In this document: positions 25,977-33,423 of the stretch, one piece after another
Numbering within the stretch: position 1 is the stretch's first letter
Layout of the letters: each line of letters starts with the position of its first letter
Notes under the pieces: model-generated
What the model was told of the DNA's origin: nothing
The model's input: the letters and a program-made list of their open reading frames with translations, nothing else
Databases searched by the model: none
Origin: Candidatus Woesearchaeota archaeon
Lineage (GTDB): Archaea; Nanobdellota; Nanobdellia; Woesearchaeales; UBA12501
NCBI GenBank assembly: GCA_016180035.1
Contig: JACPCA010000008.1
Location: 1 to 48,250, forward strand
Direction: 5' to 3'
Length of the DNA stretch: 48,250 nt
Translations under genes and position numbers: made by a program

Positions 25977-28900
25977 TTACCTCTCAACACCAACATTCAC
26001 TGAAGCGCTTCTCTGCCTGCTGGGATACTCAACGATCAGGTCGTTTCGTCTTGTCGTATCTTCCAGCCGGAAGTGCGTCCCGTACACGGTCATCGCCTCT
26101 TCATAGTCTCCTGCATCATACGTGCGCAGGCCTGGAAGGCTGACACCGATCTCCCCGTCAGTAACACTAAAGCGGATAGTAGTTGTCTCATCCGGTGAGC
26201 TTGAATTGCTCAGGTAGCGCTTCAGCGTCCGAAGCGTGATATCCGTCGGCGATCCTGCAGCCCCAAGCTCGAGAATGCCATTGCCCATGATGTTGATGGG
26301 GATGGCAGCGCCATTGAGTGTCCCGTCAGCGTTCTGGTCCACCACCAGCTTGTCGCCGGCAGGGTTGATGAAGAACTCATACGACACGCCGGACAGCACC
26401 AGGCTTCCCTGGCCAAGGCCGGCAGCGTCGATGGCTTCATACGCCGTAAAACCCTCGACAGTAAACGTGAGCTGCTTTGTCTCTTTGTTATACTCGACGA
26501 TCGTGCAGGACTCGCAGGGCTTCCCATCCTTGTAGATCACTGGATTGATCATGTCCACGTTTTCAAGGGTGACGATGGCAGGCTTGTCCAGTTCTGGCGC
26601 CTTGCTGGAATCTACCTCCACCCTGTTTTTGCTGAAGATGACGGACTCATCCAGATTCAGCCCTCTGGCATCGACAGCCTTGGCAAACTCGATCTTTCCA
26701 AGCCCGTTCCTGCCAAGCGTCAGCCGGTCAACACGCTTCAAGTCATCCAGTGTCTTCGTGGAAAAGTCCGTAGTGACCTCTTTGTCAAACGTCGCTGCTT
26801 GCGGCGGCTCGTTGATGGCGTTATCAGACTGGAAGGCGCTGAAGAGATCACTAAAAAAGTCGCTGATCTTATCGATGATGGATTTCTCTCCGCCAGCCTC
26901 TCCACCTGCCTCATTTCCGGCTGGCTGGCCAGTTTCCGGCATCCCCTGCTGGCCTTGGAGAGATTCTTCATACTCCCTGATCATTTGGTCATAGATCTTG
27001 TCCCTCGCCTGGCGGTCTTCGTCCTCTTTGAACATCTGATCATATCCCTTCTCCCGCTGCTCGCGCTCGTACCGTTCTATCATCTCATCATAGAGCTTCA
27101 TGCGCTGCTGCGTATTGTAGTCTTCAATCATTTTATCATACAGCTTCTCTCGCTTGAGGCGCTCGTCATACTCGTTCATCATCTTATTATACTGTTTCTC
27201 CCGCGCCTGCCGCGCCGCATCTGCTTCCTCCGCAACAACTTTGTCATTGACAAGGGCTTGAAGAGGGCCTCCCTCGCCGGGAACATCAGCAGAACATTTT
27301 GTTTCAGATGCGCAGTTCTCGCCGACTTTGGGATCGATCGTGACACAACTTTTTCCTCGGCACAGCGTTACGGACTTGCCGATAAGCGGCTCGTCCATAG
27401 AGAGAACAACCTTGTTCGTGCCCGGCAATTGGTAGATAACCGCAGCTGTTTTTGGCGTTTCTGGTGATGGCTGCGGCTGCCGTTCACAAGCGCCTTCCTG
27501 GCAGTTCGTGCACAATGAAAAGTCCATCTTTTCAGGCTTGTCTCCAGCACAGACCTGCTCTATCAGGTACTCCTCTTTTTGAAGCGGCTCTCCAACATAC
27601 TTCCATTCGTCATAAAAACATTCATCATAATGTTGAAACGGAGTGCCATCGTCCAATGCCCCACTAGTAAATCCGCTGGTATACGGCTCAAAGCCGCCGT
27701 CACTATCTGTGCAGCTTCCCTTGCCCTGCCTTACCCGTTCTTGCGGCTCGACGCAATGGTCTCCCTGACAGTCACAATCATAGCTTACAACACCATACAC
27801 ATCCCCTTTGCATATTGATTCGTATAGGGTGTGGGGATCATGGCACATATCTTTGTATGTTCTGCTCGACCCATCTGCTCTTGTTTCTGTTGCGCTGCCC
27901 TGTGTTTTGGGATTGTCTCCGTCGGTGTCAGTGCAGCTTCCTCCCTCGTTTTTGGGGATTGGGCCTGTCAAGGATGACTCTGGATCAGGGTTCTTTTTTA
28001 TATCAACACATTGCCCGCCCATACAGAGGCATTTTATGCTCTTGTCTCTGATCTTATTCTGATCGCAGTACACCTCAACAAGAGTTTCCGCCCTATCAGG
28101 GTACTTCATATCAAAGATGCTGTCAGCGCAGAAATCATGCTCCTCATGCACCTTTCCTGTCTCTGACACTTCTATCGCTGTACCCTTCTTATAATAATTG
28201 ATGCCACCGTCGCTATCCGTGCAGCTCGGCGTGTTTGCCGGCAGGACTGTTTGTGGGGTGAACCGATTAACCTTCTCCTTGCAGGCGCCGCCTTCACAGT
28301 CACATTCGACATTGATGAACTGCGGTTCGACACCGTTACAGATGTACTCATTCAGCATGCTTAGCCCAAGGCAGCTGTCCGTAAACTCAAAGCCGACGCC
28401 ATTGCTGTCAATGCCAGTCACCTTTCCTTGATTGTTGAAGTCTTTCCCGTCACTATCCGTACAGGAGGGCGTTGCAGGGCTGTTCGTCGTTTGTGTTGCC
28501 GAAGGCTGGCTGTCCATGCGTGCTGGCACTCCATCAAGCTTTACGGTTATCTCTCCCTCTCCAGGCACGTCCATAGAGCACTTGGATTCCGTAGCGCAGT
28601 TCTCCCCAACCTCTGGCATGAAGCTGACACAAGAATCTCCTCGGCAGATGGTGATCTGATGGTTGAGGAACGACGCGTCTGCTTCGACAACAACGTGCTG
28701 GCTTCCTGGAAGCAGATACGCTGTCTTGACAACCGGCTGAAATCTGACATTGACCGTTGACGAGCTCCCCGGCGCTAATTGAGGAGGAGAAGCTCCTGGC
28801 GGAGGAACCACCAATTTGGGAGAAGGCAGCGTTGCACCGCCAGTTGAAGGAACAGATGGAGCCTGGCGCTGTTCTGGCTGTGGTGTAGCATCAATACCAG

Positions 28901-31538
28901 CGTCACACAACTTCTGGGCAGCATCACGCGCCTTGATAAATTCGTTAAAATACAAGTCATGCGCTTCCTGGAACGCTGCGTCATACACTGCCTTTGCGCC
29001 GGCATCCGTATACTTCGACTGTTCATAGCCTTGCCATGCTGTGCGCGTCAGCTGGACTGCCCGTTCATACGCTGCCTTGACCGCTGAAAATTTGTTTTTG
29101 GCATCCTCACACTGCTGCTTTGTTTCAACATCTTTCGGGTTAGGACAATTTTTACCGTAGGTTGCCGGGCCTGTGTAGGGTTTGTCGTAGAGCGGATTGC
29201 CGCATTGCATCCTGGTCAGGTCATCCCTGCGGGCATCGCCAGGCTCACAAGTATTGCCGCTGAAAGGGACGTAGAACCTGGCATCAGGTGTTGAAGGGCA
29301 TGATTCGCAGCAGATGAATACTCCTTCATCCTGAGGGGCTTCCGGTGGATTTGAATCACTGCCGGAACTGCTGGCTGGAGCATTATCGAATGGAGAAGCT
29401 TCTGGAGGGACCATCATCCAATCGGGTGGCGTGTACTGCTGGTCATCAGCATTTCCGTTTTCTCTCTGCGCCTGTTCTCCTGGCGCTGCTTCCTGGCCAA
29501 CGGGCTGCTCTGGTGAGGGGACATACGGCTTGTTGGGATCAATGCCATGCGCCAGATTCCACGCGTCTATGTCTGCCTGCTTTTGCGGCTGGCATTTTTT
29601 TCTGGCATCAAGGATCTTGTCCATGTTGTAGTTGATCTCCCGCACCATATCTGTCATCTCGTCATTGCAGGCTTTATAGACATCATCGGACATTTCTTCA
29701 TAGTTGTAACATGTTTTTGCTTCGTCGGGGATCATGCTGTTCCCGTACATATTCATGCAGTCGTCAGTGGCTTGCTGGACTTGAGGCGGGAAGGCATTTT
29801 CATTCATCAGGTAATCCATGAACTCCGAGCACACATTGAACGGTTTAGCGCCAAGCATGCTGATAATCACTTGATCGCCGCTGATCTGCACGCCGAACGG
29901 GCTCATTTCCTCGTGCATGGTCGATTTAATCTGCCCGGAAATGCGATCGCAGGCTTTCTTGAACCCTGGATCGGCCGCGTCACTGCTGCCAGCACGGTCA
30001 TCTTGAAGATCTGCTGCCTGATAACCGGTGAGGTAGGTGATCGGCGCGCTTATCTTTTCGCCGCCAAGAACATCAAGCCCGAAGATGCTGTCAAGAAAAA
30101 AGGCGCCGGTCGGCAGAAGGCCGATGATCTTGGTATTCCCGCTCAGATCCGTGAAGACGGCATTGCCGTTCTGGACACCATCAAAATGGAGGATGTGCGT
30201 CCTGCCCTTGCCTTCTGAACCAGCTGTTGTAATGAAGCGATCATCTTGATTGATGACATAGTCCGAGGCATTTCTTCCTTCAGTAAAAATGATGTTGTAC
30301 TCTTCTGTGCCATATTTGAGCGTATTGCCCACCAGGCTGAGGAGGCGGACGTCGTACTGCTGGCCGTTATTATTGACAAATTCGAGATCGTAATTGCTGT
30401 CGCGCGCGTCAAAGGTGGCAACAGATCCGCCAGTCGCTGACGACGATGGAAGCGATGTGCCTGCAGAGCTGCTGAATGACAGGTCAAACGCAGAGGAGAG
30501 CAGCCCCATCGGCGCCCGGTGATACAGAGAAAGCCAGCTGCCAGTCGGGACGAACACGTCGCCACCAGGGCCTGCTGCTTCGAGGCGGTAGGAAAGTGCA
30601 GAGATAGAGACGACGCTATTGCTGGTTGACCCTTGTATCTTGAGTTTGGAATCGACAAGGCGGTCTCCATTGACTTGGACGCCGCCAGCGGTAAAGGAAT
30701 TGTCGGTGATGTCCGCATCTTCCATCACTATCGAACGCGGGCCTGCAAGGATCGTCACCATATCACCATGGCTTCCTGTTCCCTCCCCTGCTTCATTGGG
30801 AACAATGTCCAAGACAGTGAGGATGGCGATATCGCTGGCATAGAGAGTCTTTCCCTTCTCCATGGCAGGAGTAAGATTCCCATTGACACGGAGCACCACC
30901 GTCGGCGGCGTTGCCGTATCAGAAACAGAGAAAACCTCAATAAGGATAGTTGAGCTGCCGACAGAGATCGTCTCTTTTGACCCTTCCACCAGCGTTTTTT
31001 GAACTGGGCTTCCTGACAGGTGAAGCTCGATGGCATTGTTGCGGAGCTCTGCGCTGCTGATCGTGAAATCCTGGCCGAGGATGGAAAGGCTCTTGCCCGT
31101 CAGGTCAACCAGATCGTTGGATTGGATCTCGCTGCGGAGCGGTGCGGAAAACGACATGCGGTACTCAAAGATATCATCGCCATTCTTGCATACCAAATAG
31201 TCCCCGGGCTCTCCTTCTTCGTTCTCTGCAAAGCGGCGCGTGCAGGACTCGATCGGGTCGCCGGCAACATTGTCCTGAAACACGATGAATTGGGAGTATT
31301 CTGCCTTTCCTTCGTTGGTAAAGAGGGAGCCGTCAGCAAGGCCGTCCCAATCATGGCTCGTCAAGGAGCGGTACTCCTGGCCGATGTTTTCGTTCACGTC
31401 AAGCTTTTGCAGGACAAGGTCCCCCGTTGGAAACTCAGAAAAGGACGACAAGACTGCGATGCTGATGGCGACAAAGGCAAGAACAATGATGACTGCAGCA
31501 CGCGGATAGGGAGCATCGCCTCTTTTTTTATCCATCAT
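25977..31538 (-). CDS. Giant (1853 aa) N-terminally membrane-anchored, Cys-rich, repeat-containing cell-surface protein
   Basis: N-terminal TM (AAVIIVLAFVAISIAVLSS). Four SCTD(S/T)DG Cys-rich modules, two copies of a CRG(D/K)SC domain, five KxYDxMI repeats, Pro/Gln-rich linkers. Uninterrupted ORF. Confidence 0.8.
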   Translation of the reverse strand: MMDKKRGDAPYPRAAVIIVLAFVAISIAVLSSFSEFPTGDLVLQKLDVNENIGQEYRSLTSHDWDGLADGSLFTNEGKAEYSQFIVFQDNVAGDPIESCTRRFAENEEGEPGDYLVCKNGDDIFEYRMSFSAPLRSEIQSNDLVDLTGKSLSILGQDFTISSAELRNNAIELHLSGSPVQKTLVEGSKETISVGSSTILIEVFSVSDTATPPTVVLRVNGNLTPAMEKGKTLYASDIAILTVLDIVPNEAGEGTGSHGDMVTILAGPRSIVMEDADITDNSFTAGGVQVNGDRLVDSKLKIQGSTSNSVVSISALSYRLEAAGPGGDVFVPTGSWLSLYHRAPMGLLSSAFDLSFSSSAGTSLPSSSATGGSVATFDARDSNYDLEFVNNNGQQYDVRLLSLVGNTLKYGTEEYNIIFTEGRNASDYVINQDDRFITTAGSEGKGRTHILHFDGVQNGNAVFTDLSGNTKIIGLLPTGAFFLDSIFGLDVLGGEKISAPITYLTGYQAADLQDDRAGSSDAADPGFKKACDRISGQIKSTMHEEMSPFGVQISGDQVIISMLGAKPFNVCSEFMDYLMNENAFPPQVQQATDDCMNMYGNSMIPDEAKTCYNYEEMSDDVYKACNDEMTDMVREINYNMDKILDARKKCQPQKQADIDAWNLAHGIDPNKPYVPSPEQPVGQEAAPGEQAQRENGNADDQQYTPPDWMMVPPEASPFDNAPASSSGSDSNPPEAPQDEGVFICCESCPSTPDARFYVPFSGNTCEPGDARRDDLTRMQCGNPLYDKPYTGPATYGKNCPNPKDVETKQQCEDAKNKFSAVKAAYERAVQLTRTAWQGYEQSKYTDAGAKAVYDAAFQEAHDLYFNEFIKARDAAQKLCDAGIDATPQPEQRQAPSVPSTGGATLPSPKLVVPPPGASPPQLAPGSSSTVNVRFQPVVKTAYLLPGSQHVVVEADASFLNHQITICRGDSCVSFMPEVGENCATESKCSMDVPGEGEITVKLDGVPARMDSQPSATQTTNSPATPSCTDSDGKDFNNQGKVTGIDSNGVGFEFTDSCLGLSMLNEYICNGVEPQFINVECDCEGGACKEKVNRFTPQTVLPANTPSCTDSDGGINYYKKGTAIEVSETGKVHEEHDFCADSIFDMKYPDRAETLVEVYCDQNKIRDKSIKCLCMGGQCVDIKKNPDPESSLTGPIPKNEGGSCTDTDGDNPKTQGSATETRADGSSRTYKDMCHDPHTLYESICKGDVYGVVSYDCDCQGDHCVEPQERVRQGKGSCTDSDGGFEPYTSGFTSGALDDGTPFQHYDECFYDEWKYVGEPLQKEEYLIEQVCAGDKPEKMDFSLCTNCQEGACERQPQPSPETPKTAAVIYQLPGTNKVVLSMDEPLIGKSVTLCRGKSCVTIDPKVGENCASETKCSADVPGEGGPLQALVNDKVVAEEADAARQAREKQYNKMMNEYDERLKREKLYDKMIEDYNTQQRMKLYDEMIERYEREQREKGYDQMFKEDEDRQARDKIYDQMIREYEESLQGQQGMPETGQPAGNEAGGEAGGEKSIIDKISDFFSDLFSAFQSDNAINEPPQAATFDKEVTTDFSTKTLDDLKRVDRLTLGRNGLGKIEFAKAVDARGLNLDESVIFSKNRVEVDSSKAPELDKPAIVTLENVDMINPVIYKDGKPCESCTIVEYNKETKQLTFTVEGFTAYEAIDAAGLGQGSLVLSGVSYEFFINPAGDKLVVDQNADGTLNGAAIPINIMGNGILELGAAGSPTDITLRTLKRYLSNSSSPDETTTIRFSVTDGEIGVSLPGLRTYDAGDYEEAMTVYGTHFRLEDTTRRNDLIVEYPSRQRSASVNVGVER

Positions 31539-31557
31539 TGATAAATAAGGCCTGCGC

Positions 31558-31565
31558 TTTTTATA
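31558..31565 (-). promoter_or_regulatory. TATA-like box (TATAAAAA on the minus strand) for the giant surface-protein gene
   Basis: About 20-27 nt upstream of the ATG at 31538. Immediately downstream (minus sense) of the MITE target duplication. Confidence 0.4.
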
Positions 31566-31580
31566 CTTTGTGGTTTAGGG

Positions 31581-31877
31581 TAATACTTCAGCTTTGTGAA
31601 GCGTTACCGTCCAGGGGTCGAGCCTCTTCCATGTCTTTGTCGAGACTGACAAGGGGGACGCCCCATCCGGGGAATGTCAGTTCTCAATACCCTGAGCGAA
31701 GGCGAGAAGACGGTAACGCTTCACAATGAAGCAGGGAGAGCATCTTCGAAATCCTCGACGTAAAATGGAGGGCGCTGCGTCCCCGGATGGGGCATCCCCC
31801 CGCAACGCGCCCGACAAAGAAACGAGAGGATTTCGACCTCAATGATGCTCTCCCTGCTTCAGGAAGCTGAAGTATTA
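31581..31877. mobile_element. Dimeric MITE-like element (two inverted ~130-nt structured modules)
   Basis: Perfect 14-bp TIR TAATACTTCAGCTT (31581-31594) / AAGCTGAAGTATTA (31864-31877). 9-bp direct repeat TGGTTTAGG at 31571-31579 and 31878-31886. Confidence 0.8.
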
Positions 31878-31881
31878 TGGT

Positions 31882-32424
31882 TTAGGTCAGTTTATGTTTG
31901 GGATACCCTTTACCGCCATGACGACGAAGAAGGGCGATGATGCGCGGCAGAGAAATTGGTTTTGCAGTATTGATGATGATAGGGTCATGGCCGTGCTCAA
32001 CAGCGTCAGAATGGCAGGCTTCCATGATCTCGCATTCCAGATTATCATCTATCTTTTGTTTGGAGTAGCCTTTCTTCTTGAGGCGCTGATAGAGCGTCTT
32101 CAGGCTGCAGGTTGTCACGATGCAGGCATCAACAAGTTTGGGGGAAGCAGAATAAGAGAGATGGGAATCGATGATGAGGTTGGCCTGCTTCTTGGCATGC
32201 TGCTTTTCTCTGTCGGAAGCAGTCATGATAAGCGCATCGAGCTCCCTGCCGAGCTTTTGCTCGTCAACAACCGTGCAGCGCCGCTTCCAGTCGTAACTCT
32301 CCCCCAGTCTCTTTTTCTTAAGGAGGGCGTTCACGTCAACATAGGTATACCCCCATGCTTTCGCAAGCCTTTTTGCAAGAGTGGTTTTCCCTGTTCCAGG
32401 AGTTCCGGTGATAATAAGGATCAT
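31882..32424 (-). CDS. Adenylate kinase isoenzyme 6 / Fap7-like NTPase (small-subunit rRNA maturation factor)
   Basis: MILIITGTPGTGKTTLAKRLA Walker A, short AK6-type length (180 aa). The start was trimmed to the ATG at 32424, which overlaps the upstream stop (ATGA). Confidence 0.75.
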   Translation of the reverse strand: MILIITGTPGTGKTTLAKRLAKAWGYTYVDVNALLKKKRLGESYDWKRRCTVVDEQKLGRELDALIMTASDREKQHAKKQANLIIDSHLSYSASPKLVDACIVTTCSLKTLYQRLKKKGYSKQKIDDNLECEIMEACHSDAVEHGHDPIIINTAKPISLPRIIALLRRHGGKGYPKHKLT

Positions 32425-32807
32425 GACAACGCCTCGCGGTGCTTGCTCAAGCAAGTATCGAGTCCGGCCTGATCCCCCCACTGGCAAGCCTTGTTCACGC
32501 AGATGCAGGAAGCATCTTGATAACAGGCATATTCTTCCTTCCATTCACAGGTGGTTATGGCAGGATCGGCGCTGACAGATTGGCAGATCGTTCCAGAACA
32601 GCCGGCAGTGATGCAGTCAGCGTCCGCAGCGCATGAAGCAGGACGAATGGGCTGGTCATCAGATTGCGGAGGGGAAATTGCAGAAGGAGGGAGAGTGTTT
32701 GGCACAGGCGAACAGCTGCTAACAACAAGGAGGATGAGGATGGATGGGATAAAGAGTACACTCTTCCCATGATCGCCAAAGGTTTGAAAGGATCGCATGA
32801 ACTTCAT
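32421..32807 (-). CDS. Small secreted/lipoprotein-like protein with C-terminal eight-cysteine domain
   Basis: MKFMRSF..LFIPSILILLVVSSC signal, then CAADADCITAGCSGTICQS..CEWKEEYACYQDASCICVNKACQW. The track ORF extension to 33044 overlaps the tRNA and was trimmed. Confidence 0.55.
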   Translation of the reverse strand: MKFMRSFQTFGDHGKSVLFIPSILILLVVSSCSPVPNTLPPSAISPPQSDDQPIRPASCAADADCITAGCSGTICQSVSADPAITTCEWKEEYACYQDASCICVNKACQWGDQAGLDTCLSKHREALS

Positions 32808-32932
32808 AGGGAGGGGTTGGTATATAAAGTTTAGGAAGGCAAACATAAAACACTCCATGTATCCCTGCTGTATCCCGAAATCCTTATAAATGACGTGGGA
32901 ATCATGCGGGTTATGATAGAGACTATGCCTTC

Positions 32933-33086
32933 GGGGGCGTAGTATAACCTGGCTAGAATGGCTGGCTCCAGCAATGGAGCGATGAGCTGCAGAATATCTG
33001 CAGCGATGATGAAACGCTGTGGTCTGTTGAAGCTTTCGCTTCAATGAAGAGACCAGCAGGTCTGGGTTCGAATCCCAGCGCCCCCA
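32933..33086 (+). tRNA. tRNA-Trp (CCA) with 80-nt intron at canonical 37/38
   Basis: Acceptor GGGGGCG/CGCCCCC, anticodon stem GCTGG/CCAGC, loop CTCCAG|A with CCA at 32968-32970, T-arm CTGGG-TTCGAAT-CCCAG, discriminator A. One A-A mismatch in the D stem. No encoded CCA. Confidence 0.75.
32972..33051 (+). ncRNA. tRNA-Trp intron carrying box C/D-like guide RNA elements
   Basis: AUGAUGA at 33006-33012, GCGAUGA at 32979-32985, AUGAAGA at 33044-33050. Short antisense elements to anticodon-loop positions 32-36 and 38-41. Confidence 0.5.
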
Positions 33087-33088
33087 AA

Positions 33089-33094
33089 TTTTTT
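33089..33094 (+). terminator. Oligo-T (T6) terminator after tRNA-Trp
   Basis: TTTTTT begins 3 nt after the discriminator base. Confidence 0.5.
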
Positions 33095-33144
33095 AGTTGA
33101 AAAGATTATTGTTCTACTGATTGGGGGAATTAAGAGAAGTAAAT

Positions 33145-33326
33145 AACAAAACCGGCAGAGCCGGTAACGGGTTACGGCGCCGCCACGCATAGGCCTATAG
33201 ATTATGTCCGTTTTTCTTGCCCCTCACTGGTGTAGGGCAAGAAAAACGGAATTGATAAAGTACTGCGATCGTGGCGACGCAGATGTCCCGTGACCCGCTG
33301 AGCGTAGCGAAGCCGGGTATTTTGTT
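33145..33326. repeat. Family II structured palindromic element, copy 2
   Basis: Same architecture as 8451-8622, with compensatory changes: central hairpin CCGTTTTTCTTGCCC/GGGCAAGAAAAACGG, side hairpins CCGGCagaGCCGG and ACCCG..CGGGT. Lies between convergent tRNA-Trp and dnaG. Confidence 0.8.
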
Positions 33327-33423
33327 TTCTGTAGTTCACATCAGTTAGTATAGCACATCTTAGAATAAACACAGGCCTGACAGTATCACAAAAAGAAAAT
33401 GAAAGAAAAATAACAGCTGATCC

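Noticed and set aside
31595-31860. Possible self-cleaving ribozyme (hammerhead-type CUGAUGA…GAAA core) in the paired modules of the dimeric element.
   Set aside because: The nearest strings (CUGAGCGAAGGCGAGAA, CGACAAAGAAACGAG) do not satisfy the conserved core, and the helices do not arrange as stems I-III around them.
32808-33044. Upstream 79 codons of the track ORF 32421-33044.
   Set aside because: It overlaps the tRNA-Trp gene on the opposite strand and has implausible composition. A proper signal peptide begins at the ATG at 32807.
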